A stretch of DNA of 63,927 bases, filler included, from Stramenopiles sp. TOSAG23-6 (lineage: Eukaryota), in the NCBI GenBank assembly GCA_900128565.1. It is 10 parts of 10 records of this genome, joined end to end, with 100 filler letters (N's around TTAATTAATTAA, not from the genome) between each part and the next. Parts side by side here need not be neighbours in the genome. Positions count along the whole stretch, not along the records: positions 11,368 to 22,621 come from LT636274.1; positions 22,722 to 33,946 come from LT636275.1; 8 more parts are not named here. One strand, written 5' to 3'. The translations under genes were made by a program, and so were the position numbers. This document shows, piece by piece, positions 11,749 through 22,786 of this stretch. The notes below the pieces were generated by a model, which had not been told where the DNA came from, ran no database searches, and was given only the letters and a program-made list of their open reading frames with translations. Numbering within the stretch: position 1 is the stretch's first letter; each line of letters opens with the position of its first letter.

Positions 11749-14685
11749 TTACTTTTTAATTTTACGTTTCTTCTTCTTTCTACTATTAACATCATCTTCA
11801 TCTTTTTTATTTCCAACTAACTCTAATAATACTTCATCACGATACGCTTCTGATTCCTTGACGCNGACCCTTATCATAATTTTGTCAAATACACCAATTT
11901 TCTGTCCATTTCTTGATGACAATGCTAAATTTTTCTCATCAAGAGTCCAATCATTTTCCTCCGTAGAGCGTCGGCATTGTCCAGCTTCTTCAGATTGTTG
12001 TTTTGATAAATCAGAGCCACCAAGTCGTACAAAACCTTCAAATCCGTATTTTAGAACTATGACACCAACACCAGATGCTCTTACTCGTAAGACAACACCT
12101 TCAACTATCATTGGGTTATCTTTAAAAAATACGCGTGTATACAACTGTGTGGAATCGCGACCCGCCATTTGTGCTGCATAACTACGTTTGTTAATAATTT
12201 CACAAACATTGTGAATGCGGGCTTTATCATTATACATTGCGGGCATTGGCTCAATACCAATACTAGCAGCTAGCATACGATGTGCAACAACATCAGCATA
12301 GCGACGAATTGGTGACGTAAAATGTGTATATATTGGCGTTGCGAGACCATAATGTCGGTATTCATCGGGGGTTCTTTCACCGGAACAAAAGTATACTGCC
12401 TGATTCATGCACCGAGTAGCAAGAATCCGAATAATTTTATTGAACATTGGATCATCATCACGAACTGCCTTATCAAGAGATTGTGCAAGAGCGAGCGAAG
12501 TATCAACTTTAAGTTCCACTCCAGCAATACTAGCAGCGTGTAATAATTCATCGAATCGACGACGTGAGGGTTGAGGATGTCGTCGTAGTAAAGCAAATGA
12601 CGGAAAAAAATCTTTGATTTGTTGAGCCACAGCAATATTTGCTAAAAGCATAAATTCTTCAACAACATGATTGGCTTCTACCATTTGATACATTTTCACT
12701 GATGTCGGATCATTTGTCTCTTCATTCATTTGAAATCTAACTTCAGGTGAAGCTAAAGTAAGAGCACCAGCTGCAATACGTCGAGATCGCAAAGTTCTTG
12801 ATATTTTTGCCAACAAGCGAACCGATGTAGCGATATCACTTTCACGCGAAGGATCATCCAAAAACTCCTGCGCTTGTCCATAAGTAAGACCTGCACGGGA
12901 ATGTACAATACTACGATGAAACTTTATACCATCTGGACCAGGAATCTTTTTTAAGGTTACCGGATCTAACTGCCATATACATGAAAATACAAAACGATCA
13001 ACGTTTGGTTTCACACTGCATAACGTTTCAGTGAGTAAACCTGGAAGCATATCAAGTCTCCGTTCTACAATATATGTTGTCGTAGATCTTCGTTTTGCTT
13101 CTTCGTCAATGGCCGTTCCAGGACGAACAAAATAAGTCACATCTGCGATATGGACTCCACATTCAATATTACCATTTGGCAAAACTCTGGCATGAAGAGC
13201 ATCATCTATATCTTTGCAGCCTGGAGGATCTATACTACATACTGTAAGATGTCGAAGATCTACACGATCATTCGCATTTTCTGCAGTAATTTTAAAGTCA
13301 GGTGGTGGTAAACATTGTAAGACAGCAGGAGAAAATGCTTCAGTTGGGATTTCATGTTCTAATAGAATAACTTGAGACTCAATATCCTTATCTCTAACAT
13401 CTCCAATTGTCCGCACATAATGGCCATCAGGGAAGCTACTAAAAACACCCCACGAATCTAATGCAACTACAATCCATTTCCCTTCAAGAATATCCCTTTG
13501 ACGAGTTTTTATAATTGTATTTGGAAATCGTGAGTCTCGGGGGATAAAGACGGCGCGGTCTCCAACAATAAAGTCTTCTTTTTTAATTGTTCCACATAGT
13601 TGACGCCAATTCCGTTTTACTACAGAGATTACACAACCATACACATCTGTAGAATCTTCAGATGGTTTTTGGGATATTTGTTTTGAGTTTTTATCTTTAG
13701 CATCAACGTCACCATCGATATCCATTTTGTCATCTTTGTCAATAAGCTGAATAATACAAATATCCCCATCAACAGCTCGGTTTATATGCTCCCTACTAGA
13801 TAATTTGATAAGAACCTCTTCACCATCAGATGATTTCATTACTGCTGTTGCTTCACGCCAATGGTATTTGTTCTGTCGCAAAACAGCTTCAACTAATGTT
13901 CCATCTTTCAACCCAGCAGTAACTGCTTCTTCAGGCCAATAATCTCTGAACTTTGCTCCATTCTGTAAATGACCTTTCACTGAGGATTTCTTCAATTGTT
14001 TATTTCCTTTATTTTTCGTTTTCTTCATACCCCGACGTTTATTACTCCCACTCGCAACATATGTGGCAACAAGAGGGACTAATTCTGGATATTCATCCGC
14101 CAATTTATCCACGAAATTTTGCACGGTGGACGCTTCAACACCGTCCATCTTTGCTCTATGTAAATTTTCTCTGTCATCCGTCAAAAGTAAAATATTCAAT
14201 ATACCTTCAAATTTTTTTGCATACCAAGAAGCAACTCCACGAATCAAACGGTCATTGTAATCGTTAGGTGATTCATCATTCTCCTGATCGGCATATGTAG
14301 ACCGGTGATGTTCGTTAGCGAAAAGGAAAAAACGACGAGTATTATCTCTAATGAGAGCAACTAATCTCTTGTAAATGCCAACGTCGTTGTGTTTCACTTC
14401 AGCCAAAGTAGTCTCTGGAATAATAGCATCACATAAAGGAGCACAGTTTTGCTCTAATAAATCTATTTGGTGTAATGCAACGTTTGTATCAATTACTAAG
14501 TATCGTGAGTTAAAAGGTCTCTTGGAGAGCACTGGTACAGCATGACTTCCCATATCAGATTCGTCAACTAACTCCGAGCCACAGTTTATATCATCTCTTA
14601 AATAATGCTCACGGCACACTCGAATCATTTTTTGTGAACGAGTTGCAATGTCAATAACTTTGCAGCGCCATAGATCATTCGACAT
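11749..14685 (-). CDS. DIS3: exosome catalytic subunit DIS3/RRP44 (mirror copy)
   Basis: REHYLRDDI, PIN domain (VIDTNVALHQ), RNB motif SIDPPGCKDIDDALH, HFTSPIRRYAD; ATG MSNDLW. Confidence 0.93.
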   Translation of the reverse strand: MSNDLWRCKVIDIATRSQKMIRVCREHYLRDDINCGSELVDESDMGSHAVPVLSKRPFNSRYLVIDTNVALHQIDLLEQNCAPLCDAIIPETTLAEVKHNDVGIYKRLVALIRDNTRRFFLFANEHHRSTYADQENDESPNDYNDRLIRGVASWYAKKFEGILNILLLTDDRENLHRAKMDGVEASTVQNFVDKLADEYPELVPLVATYVASGSNKRRGMKKTKNKGNKQLKKSSVKGHLQNGAKFRDYWPEEAVTAGLKDGTLVEAVLRQNKYHWREATAVMKSSDGEEVLIKLSSREHINRAVDGDICIIQLIDKDDKMDIDGDVDAKDKNSKQISQKPSEDSTDVYGCVISVVKRNWRQLCGTIKKEDFIVGDRAVFIPRDSRFPNTIIKTRQRDILEGKWIVVALDSWGVFSSFPDGHYVRTIGDVRDKDIESQVILLEHEIPTEAFSPAVLQCLPPPDFKITAENANDRVDLRHLTVCSIDPPGCKDIDDALHARVLPNGNIECGVHIADVTYFVRPGTAIDEEAKRRSTTTYIVERRLDMLPGLLTETLCSVKPNVDRFVFSCIWQLDPVTLKKIPGPDGIKFHRSIVHSRAGLTYGQAQEFLDDPSRESDIATSVRLLAKISRTLRSRRIAAGALTLASPEVRFQMNEETNDPTSVKMYQMVEANHVVEEFMLLANIAVAQQIKDFFPSFALLRRHPQPSRRRFDELLHAASIAGVELKVDTSLALAQSLDKAVRDDDPMFNKIIRILATRCMNQAVYFCSGERTPDEYRHYGLATPIYTHFTSPIRRYADVVAHRMLAASIGIEPMPAMYNDKARIHNVCEIINKRSYAAQMAGRDSTQLYTRVFFKDNPMIVEGVVLRVRASGVGVIVLKYGFEGFVRLGGSDLSKQQSEEAGQCRRSTEENDWTLDEKNLALSSRNGQKIGVFDKIMIRVXVKESEAYRDEVLLELVGNKKDEDDVNSRKKKKRKIKK

Positions 14686-14986
14686 GACGGCAAAATGGAG
14701 CCTACAGTGAGCACAAGACAGTACAATGTTTAGATTAAATAAATATTGAGCACCTAAGCTCGAATTTTGCGTGCTGACTTGAAATTTTGACACGTGGCAC
14801 TTGAAATTTGAATGCTTGAAATCTTTGTCGAAATCTTCGAAAATATAATTTTAAACGTTGAACGACCGAACGACTACTCCCATTCATCTTCAATTCTGAG
14901 ATCTCCCAATGAGATAGCATCTTGATTGATTGGCATACTAAAGAAATTATCTAGCAGTCTATTCAATAATAATAGATGATATAACA

Positions 14987-16663
14987 ATGGAACTGCCTAT
15001 GTTTTCTTCAACTAGTAAAAAACCTGTCATTAAACCCGAAACTACGGATTTTAATAGTCCAATAATTACAAACACGTATATGCGATCACTAATGAAGAAA
15101 GGAGAAACAAGCTGGCTCTCTACTGCGGAGCTAAATTGCATACTCATAAATCATAAGGTTTATGGCATGAAACTTCATGATGTTTCTCCGCAACACCCGC
15201 CTAGTGGCAGTTTCTATTTGTACGATAAAAAAGTTGTTAAATATTTTCGACAGGACGGTCATAATTGGACAAAACGTGCTGGGTCAAACGCTATAAAAGA
15301 AGCTCATATGAAGATACAACTGGACGGCAAACCAAACATGCATTGTTATTACTGTAGTCATAGAATTAACCCTGCATTTCGAAGGCGTGTATATTGGCTC
15401 ATTGAGAACCCTAAAATCGTTTTGGTTCATTATTTGGAAGAAGGAAGTAAAGGTAAACCTAGAAAGGCCTCGTCACATCTTGTAAAAAAAGAAACTCCTC
15501 CTCAACCACCAACCGTTACAATTGTTGAATTTTGTCCAGAGACTTCTATGTGCACGGGTGGAACTAAACTTATTATGTGTGTCGACCAACCTATAGATGG
15601 GAACGGGGTTTTTATTGTATTTGGAAAAAGACTCGTTCCTGCACAAAGTGTTAATCATCAAACTTTAAAGTGTATTATTCCAGAATCACTTGTACCTTGC
15701 GAAGTATCATTAAAGTTACAGTTTCGTAATACACTGAATACTATCACATTCCCTTGTACATTTAAGTACACCGCAAACTCGTTTAGAATTCCTACTAATA
15801 TTTGTGCGACCCCTCCACCTCAACCTTTACCGCTAGATGGTGCAAAACATGGTGCAAAACTTGGTACAAAACCTTTACCGCTAGATGGTGCAAAACTTGG
15901 TACAAAAAAAAGGGCAGCAAAGCAGTTAACTAGCACAGAGTTACTTGAGCTTAATCCACGGGAATTCAAAACACGTATTGTTGAACGAGTTGGCGCTGTA
16001 GACTGTGCAATGAAAAACACTTCACCAGTAAAGCTGTCGACTTCTCACATCTTTGACGATGAACAATTGGAGAATATAGACGATGAGTCTGTTTCGAAAT
16101 TATCAGCTGCGTTAGTGTCTCAAGCCATTCAACAATTAGTTGATTTTGGCCGAGAAAATAATGTTCTTGATGAAATTAATAGTCTTGATGATGATGGTTT
16201 CAGTTTATTTCATTATGTAATTTTATACAAGAATTTGGAATTAGTCAAAATGTTGCTGAGTAATGGAGCTATACTGCATTCCCGAACTAGTTCAGGTGAC
16301 TCCCCGCTTCATTTAGCAGCTCAAGCAGGTTTAGATAAAATTGTTGAGTTATTATTATCTAAAGGAGCTGATCCATCCGCAATGAATAAAGAGTTTCAAA
16401 CACCTTTTGATAAAGCAAATCTGAATGGATATGGATATCTTTCATATCTTTTACAGCCTGAAAGCATGTGCGTTTTTCATCATGAAATTCAAATTTATTT
16501 TTTTCCATACTAGATTTTGTACTGAACAATTTTTTTGACTAAACAAAATATTTTTTTCACAATACATAAAGGGTCTCCTGAATAGTCCTATACCCTCTTT
16601 TGCGCTGACAGATACCGAAGGAAAATCAACAAATTCTAATGCTACGGAAGTGGTGCAAGACAT
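14987..16663 (+). CDS. CAMTA: CAMTA-like transcription factor (CG-1, TIG, ankyrin), 3'-truncated; exons 14987-16467, 16568-16663
   Basis: CG-1 motif FRQDGHNWTKR...KEAHMK...FRRRVYWL...VLVHY, TIG domain and ankyrin repeats; breaks at the fold-back centre. Confidence 0.88.
16468..16567 (+). mobile_element. GT-AT introner-like intron (100 nt); mirror copy at 16850-16949 (-)
   Basis: AGCAT|GTGCGTTTT...TTTTGTACTGAAC...CACAATACAT|AAAG; next exon is open up to the next donor at 16664. Confidence 0.8.
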
Positions 16664-16753
16664 GTATGTTTTATTTTTTTTTTAAACAAAAAAATCGATT
16701 TTTTTCGTACGAAAAAAATCGATTTTTTTGTTTAAAAAAAAAATAAAACATAC

Positions 16754-18430
16754 ATGTCTTGCACCACTTCCGTAGCATTAGAATTTGTTGATTTTCCTTC
16801 GGTATCTGTCAGCGCAAAAGAGGGTATAGGACTATTCAGGAGACCCTTTATGTATTGTGAAAAAAATATTTTGTTTAGTCAAAAAAATTGTTCAGTACAA
16901 AATCTAGTATGGAAAAAAATAAATTTGAATTTCATGATGAAAAACGCACATGCTTTCAGGCTGTAAAAGATATGAAAGATATCCATATCCATTCAGATTT
17001 GCTTTATCAAAAGGTGTTTGAAACTCTTTATTCATTGCGGATGGATCAGCTCCTTTAGATAATAATAACTCAACAATTTTATCTAAACCTGCTTGAGCTG
17101 CTAAATGAAGCGGGGAGTCACCTGAACTAGTTCGGGAATGCAGTATAGCTCCATTACTCAGCAACATTTTGACTAATTCCAAATTCTTGTATAAAATTAC
17201 ATAATGAAATAAACTGAAACCATCATCATCAAGACTATTAATTTCATCAAGAACATTATTTTCTCGGCCAAAATCAACTAATTGTTGAATGGCTTGAGAC
17301 ACTAACGCAGCTGATAATTTCGAAACAGACTCATCGTCTATATTCTCCAATTGTTCATCGTCAAAGATGTGAGAAGTCGACAGCTTTACTGGTGAAGTGT
17401 TTTTCATTGCACAGTCTACAGCGCCAACTCGTTCAACAATACGTGTTTTGAATTCCCGTGGATTAAGCTCAAGTAACTCTGTGCTAGTTAACTGCTTTGC
17501 TGCCCTTTTTTTTGTACCAAGTTTTGCACCATCTAGCGGTAAAGGTTTTGTACCAAGTTTTGCACCATGTTTTGCACCATCTAGCGGTAAAGGTTGAGGT
17601 GGAGGGGTCGCACAAATATTAGTAGGAATTCTAAACGAGTTTGCGGTGTACTTAAATGTACAAGGGAATGTGATAGTATTCAGTGTATTACGAAACTGTA
17701 ACTTTAATGATACTTCGCAAGGTACAAGTGATTCTGGAATAATACACTTTAAAGTTTGATGATTAACACTTTGTGCAGGAACGAGTCTTTTTCCAAATAC
17801 AATAAAAACCCCGTTCCCATCTATAGGTTGGTCGACACACATAATAAGTTTAGTTCCACCCGTGCACATAGAAGTCTCTGGACAAAATTCAACAATTGTA
17901 ACGGTTGGTGGTTGAGGAGGAGTTTCTTTTTTTACAAGATGTGACGAGGCCTTTCTAGGTTTACCTTTACTTCCTTCTTCCAAATAATGAACCAAAACGA
18001 TTTTAGGGTTCTCAATGAGCCAATATACACGCCTTCGAAATGCAGGGTTAATTCTATGACTACAGTAATAACAATGCATGTTTGGTTTGCCGTCCAGTTG
18101 TATCTTCATATGAGCTTCTTTTATAGCGTTTGACCCAGCACGTTTTGTCCAATTATGACCGTCCTGTCGAAAATATTTAACAACTTTTTTATCGTACAAA
18201 TAGAAACTGCCACTAGGCGGGTGTTGCGGAGAAACATCATGAAGTTTCATGCCATAAACCTTATGATTTATGAGTATGCAATTTAGCTCCGCAGTAGAGA
18301 GCCAGCTTGTTTCTCCTTTCTTCATTAGTGATCGCATATACGTGTTTGTAATTATTGGACTATTAAAATCCGTAGTTTCGGGTTTAATGACAGGTTTTTT
18401 ACTAGTTGAAGAAAACATAGGCAGTTCCAT
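16754..18430 (-). CDS. CAMTA: CAMTA-like (mirror copy in the fold-back)
   Basis: Exact reverse complement of 14987-16663. Confidence 0.8.
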
Positions 18431-18731
18431 TGTTATATCATCTATTATTATTGAATAGACTGCTAGATAATTTCTTTAGTATGCCAATCAATCAAGATGC
18501 TATCTCATTGGGAGATCTCAGAATTGAAGATGAATGGGAGTAGTCGTTCGGTCGTTCAACGTTTAAAATTATATTTTCGAAGATTTCGACAAAGATTTCA
18601 AGCATTCAAATTTCAAGTGCCACGTGTCAAAATTTCAAGTCAGCACGCAAAATTCGAGCTTAGGTGCTCAATATTTATTTAATCTAAACATTGTACTGTC
18701 TTGTGCTCACTGTAGGCTCCATTTTGCCGTC

Positions 18732-21668
18732 ATGTCGAATGATCTATGGCGCTGCAAAGTTATTGACATTGCAACTCGTTCACAAAAAATGATTCGAGTG
18801 TGCCGTGAGCATTATTTAAGAGATGATATAAACTGTGGCTCGGAGTTAGTTGACGAATCTGATATGGGAAGTCATGCTGTACCAGTGCTCTCCAAGAGAC
18901 CTTTTAACTCACGATACTTAGTAATTGATACAAACGTTGCATTACACCAAATAGATTTATTAGAGCAAAACTGTGCTCCTTTATGTGATGCTATTATTCC
19001 AGAGACTACTTTGGCTGAAGTGAAACACAACGACGTTGGCATTTACAAGAGATTAGTTGCTCTCATTAGAGATAATACTCGTCGTTTTTTCCTTTTCGCT
19101 AACGAACATCACCGGTCTACATATGCCGATCAGGAGAATGATGAATCACCTAACGATTACAATGACCGTTTGATTCGTGGAGTTGCTTCTTGGTATGCAA
19201 AAAAATTTGAAGGTATATTGAATATTTTACTTTTGACGGATGACAGAGAAAATTTACATAGAGCAAAGATGGACGGTGTTGAAGCGTCCACCGTGCAAAA
19301 TTTCGTGGATAAATTGGCGGATGAATATCCAGAATTAGTCCCTCTTGTTGCCACATATGTTGCGAGTGGGAGTAATAAACGTCGGGGTATGAAGAAAACG
19401 AAAAATAAAGGAAATAAACAATTGAAGAAATCCTCAGTGAAAGGTCATTTACAGAATGGAGCAAAGTTCAGAGATTATTGGCCTGAAGAAGCAGTTACTG
19501 CTGGGTTGAAAGATGGAACATTAGTTGAAGCTGTTTTGCGACAGAACAAATACCATTGGCGTGAAGCAACAGCAGTAATGAAATCATCTGATGGTGAAGA
19601 GGTTCTTATCAAATTATCTAGTAGGGAGCATATAAACCGAGCTGTTGATGGGGATATTTGTATTATTCAGCTTATTGACAAAGATGACAAAATGGATATC
19701 GATGGTGACGTTGATGCTAAAGATAAAAACTCAAAACAAATATCCCAAAAACCATCTGAAGATTCTACAGATGTGTATGGTTGTGTAATCTCTGTAGTAA
19801 AACGGAATTGGCGTCAACTATGTGGAACAATTAAAAAAGAAGACTTTATTGTTGGAGACCGCGCCGTCTTTATCCCCCGAGACTCACGATTTCCAAATAC
19901 AATTATAAAAACTCGTCAAAGGGATATTCTTGAAGGGAAATGGATTGTAGTTGCATTAGATTCGTGGGGTGTTTTTAGTAGCTTCCCTGATGGCCATTAT
20001 GTGCGGACAATTGGAGATGTTAGAGATAAGGATATTGAGTCTCAAGTTATTCTATTAGAACATGAAATCCCAACTGAAGCATTTTCTCCTGCTGTCTTAC
20101 AATGTTTACCACCACCTGACTTTAAAATTACTGCAGAAAATGCGAATGATCGTGTAGATCTTCGACATCTTACAGTATGTAGTATAGATCCTCCAGGCTG
20201 CAAAGATATAGATGATGCTCTTCATGCCAGAGTTTTGCCAAATGGTAATATTGAATGTGGAGTCCATATCGCAGATGTGACTTATTTTGTTCGTCCTGGA
20301 ACGGCCATTGACGAAGAAGCAAAACGAAGATCTACGACAACATATATTGTAGAACGGAGACTTGATATGCTTCCAGGTTTACTCACTGAAACGTTATGCA
20401 GTGTGAAACCAAACGTTGATCGTTTTGTATTTTCATGTATATGGCAGTTAGATCCGGTAACCTTAAAAAAGATTCCTGGTCCAGATGGTATAAAGTTTCA
20501 TCGTAGTATTGTACATTCCCGTGCAGGTCTTACTTATGGACAAGCGCAGGAGTTTTTGGATGATCCTTCGCGTGAAAGTGATATCGCTACATCGGTTCGC
20601 TTGTTGGCAAAAATATCAAGAACTTTGCGATCTCGACGTATTGCAGCTGGTGCTCTTACTTTAGCTTCACCTGAAGTTAGATTTCAAATGAATGAAGAGA
20701 CAAATGATCCGACATCAGTGAAAATGTATCAAATGGTAGAAGCCAATCATGTTGTTGAAGAATTTATGCTTTTAGCAAATATTGCTGTGGCTCAACAAAT
20801 CAAAGATTTTTTTCCGTCATTTGCTTTACTACGACGACATCCTCAACCCTCACGTCGTCGATTCGATGAATTATTACACGCTGCTAGTATTGCTGGAGTG
20901 GAACTTAAAGTTGATACTTCGCTCGCTCTTGCACAATCTCTTGATAAGGCAGTTCGTGATGATGATCCAATGTTCAATAAAATTATTCGGATTCTTGCTA
21001 CTCGGTGCATGAATCAGGCAGTATACTTTTGTTCCGGTGAAAGAACCCCCGATGAATACCGACATTATGGTCTCGCAACGCCAATATATACACATTTTAC
21101 GTCACCAATTCGTCGCTATGCTGATGTTGTTGCACATCGTATGCTAGCTGCTAGTATTGGTATTGAGCCAATGCCCGCAATGTATAATGATAAAGCCCGC
21201 ATTCACAATGTTTGTGAAATTATTAACAAACGTAGTTATGCAGCACAAATGGCGGGTCGCGATTCCACACAGTTGTATACACGCGTATTTTTTAAAGATA
21301 ACCCAATGATAGTTGAAGGTGTTGTCTTACGAGTAAGAGCATCTGGTGTTGGTGTCATAGTTCTAAAATACGGATTTGAAGGTTTTGTACGACTTGGTGG
21401 CTCTGATTTATCAAAACAACAATCTGAAGAAGCTGGACAATGCCGACGCTCTACGGAGGAAAATGATTGGACTCTTGATGAGAAAAATTTAGCATTGTCA
21501 TCAAGAAATGGACAGAAAATTGGTGTATTTGACAAAATTATGATAAGGGTCNGCGTCAAGGAATCAGAAGCGTATCGTGATGAAGTATTATTAGAGTTAG
21601 TTGGAAATAAAAAAGATGAAGATGATGTTAATAGTAGAAAGAAGAAGAAACGTAAAATTAAAAAGTAA
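18732..21668 (+). CDS. DIS3: exosome catalytic subunit DIS3/RRP44
   Basis: PIN + CSD + RNB + S1 motifs as in the mirror copy; no introns. Confidence 0.93.
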   Translation: MSNDLWRCKVIDIATRSQKMIRVCREHYLRDDINCGSELVDESDMGSHAVPVLSKRPFNSRYLVIDTNVALHQIDLLEQNCAPLCDAIIPETTLAEVKHNDVGIYKRLVALIRDNTRRFFLFANEHHRSTYADQENDESPNDYNDRLIRGVASWYAKKFEGILNILLLTDDRENLHRAKMDGVEASTVQNFVDKLADEYPELVPLVATYVASGSNKRRGMKKTKNKGNKQLKKSSVKGHLQNGAKFRDYWPEEAVTAGLKDGTLVEAVLRQNKYHWREATAVMKSSDGEEVLIKLSSREHINRAVDGDICIIQLIDKDDKMDIDGDVDAKDKNSKQISQKPSEDSTDVYGCVISVVKRNWRQLCGTIKKEDFIVGDRAVFIPRDSRFPNTIIKTRQRDILEGKWIVVALDSWGVFSSFPDGHYVRTIGDVRDKDIESQVILLEHEIPTEAFSPAVLQCLPPPDFKITAENANDRVDLRHLTVCSIDPPGCKDIDDALHARVLPNGNIECGVHIADVTYFVRPGTAIDEEAKRRSTTTYIVERRLDMLPGLLTETLCSVKPNVDRFVFSCIWQLDPVTLKKIPGPDGIKFHRSIVHSRAGLTYGQAQEFLDDPSRESDIATSVRLLAKISRTLRSRRIAAGALTLASPEVRFQMNEETNDPTSVKMYQMVEANHVVEEFMLLANIAVAQQIKDFFPSFALLRRHPQPSRRRFDELLHAASIAGVELKVDTSLALAQSLDKAVRDDDPMFNKIIRILATRCMNQAVYFCSGERTPDEYRHYGLATPIYTHFTSPIRRYADVVAHRMLAASIGIEPMPAMYNDKARIHNVCEIINKRSYAAQMAGRDSTQLYTRVFFKDNPMIVEGVVLRVRASGVGVIVLKYGFEGFVRLGGSDLSKQQSEEAGQCRRSTEENDWTLDEKNLALSSRNGQKIGVFDKIMIRVXVKESEAYRDEVLLELVGNKKDEDDVNSRKKKKRKIKK

Positions 21669-21723
21669 ATAAATCGATTCGTTTATTAAAAATACAGTCA
21701 ATCCTAATGCTTATGATTTAGTT

Positions 21724-22566
21724 CTATCGAGATACTCCACCTCCTCTACCCCTGCCTCTACCTCTGCCCCTACCTCTACCTCTACCTCTGCCTCTGCCTC
21801 TGCCTCTGCCCATTTGTATTTGAGTAGTATTGGCACCATTTATAATAGCACGCTCTGCCGCTTCGAGTTCGTCCTTGACATCCTGTAATTCTTTAGCCTT
21901 TTGCTTTGCTTGTTCATTTGCAAGTTTTTTTTGCTCCTTTGCAAGTTTCTTGGCATCTTTAGCTTTCTGTTTCGCTAATTGTTTAGCTTGTTTTGCTGCT
22001 TTTTTCTCTTGTTTCTTCTCTTGTCTCGTTTTCTTTCGATGTATCTTCTTCTCAACTCCTTTCAATTCGCTCTCAGCAAAATGAAGCAGCGCTTCCTCGG
22101 CGTCTTTGAATCGTCCATGATTCTGGTTTGATATTTCGCGTTTGTAGCGCCTTTGGCGCTCTAATTTGTGCACTAAAGCTATATTAGCAGCAACTTTTCG
22201 AGCCCTGTTACCTCGCGCATGCCTTTGAATCATCGTGACAGCTTTCATGCGAATCCATTTTCTACGTCGCTCTGCTTTCTCCGATTTCTTTCTATTCTGT
22301 TTCTCTGCAATCCTGTTTTCTCTATCCATCTTCTTCTGAAACTTTTTTTGACGTTTTGCTTTCATATCTTCTGGTCTAGATCCTTTCAATGGTTTTAGAA
22401 TAACAGGAGGTCTCTCTGGGCGAACTAAATCTAAGGATGGTCGACTTGGACTTTTTGCCCCCATTTGCAGCACATAATCAGTGAATTTGTCAATCTCATC
22501 TTGATTTGCAGAAATGGACTCTTCAGCAGCCGTTATTTGGTCATTTAATTCTATTACTAGCTTTCC
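21724..22566 (-). CDS. IQ-motif coiled-coil protein with C-terminal RG repeat (5' partial)
   Basis: AVTMIQRHARGNRAR IQ motif and (GR)n tail; frame open upstream to 22566. Confidence 0.65.
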   Translation of the reverse strand, partial: GKLVIELNDQITAAEESISANQDEIDKFTDYVLQMGAKSPSRPSLDLVRPERPPVILKPLKGSRPEDMKAKRQKKFQKKMDRENRIAEKQNRKKSEKAERRRKWIRMKAVTMIQRHARGNRARKVAANIALVHKLERQRRYKREISNQNHGRFKDAEEALLHFAESELKGVEKKIHRKKTRQEKKQEKKAAKQAKQLAKQKAKDAKKLAKEQKKLANEQAKQKAKELQDVKDELEAAERAIINGANTTQIQMGRGRGRGRGRGRGRGRGRGRGRGGGVSR

Positions 22567-22786
22567 AGAAGATACATCGAAAGAAAACGAGACAAGAGAA
22601 GAAACAAGAGAAAAAAGCAGCNNNNNNNNNNNNNNNNNNNNNNNNNNNNNNNNNNNNNNNNNNNNTTAATTAATTAANNNNNNNNNNNNNNNNNNNNNNN
22701 NNNNNNNNNNNNNNNNNNNNNCGTACGAAATTTTGTACCTAACAAATTTAAGTTTTTTTTTTTTGAAATATTTTTCCGAAATACAT

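Larger units (their letters stand above)
11368..22049. repeat. perfect 10.7-kb inverted duplication (fold-back) centred at 16708/16709
   Basis: Mirror ORF coordinates sum to 33417; even the ambiguous N is mirrored (11865/21552). Confidence 0.95.

Noticed and set aside
14686-14793. GTG-initiated N-terminal extension of DIS3 from the ORF track
   Set aside because: Eukaryotic gene; first ATG (MSNDLW) lies at 14685/18732 and the upstream part is promoter-like
11368-22049. Genuine inverted duplication of DIS3 and CAMTA
   Set aside because: Arms identical including a mirrored N, CAMTA truncated at the axis, and a 55-nt terminal repeat: amplification or assembly fold-back
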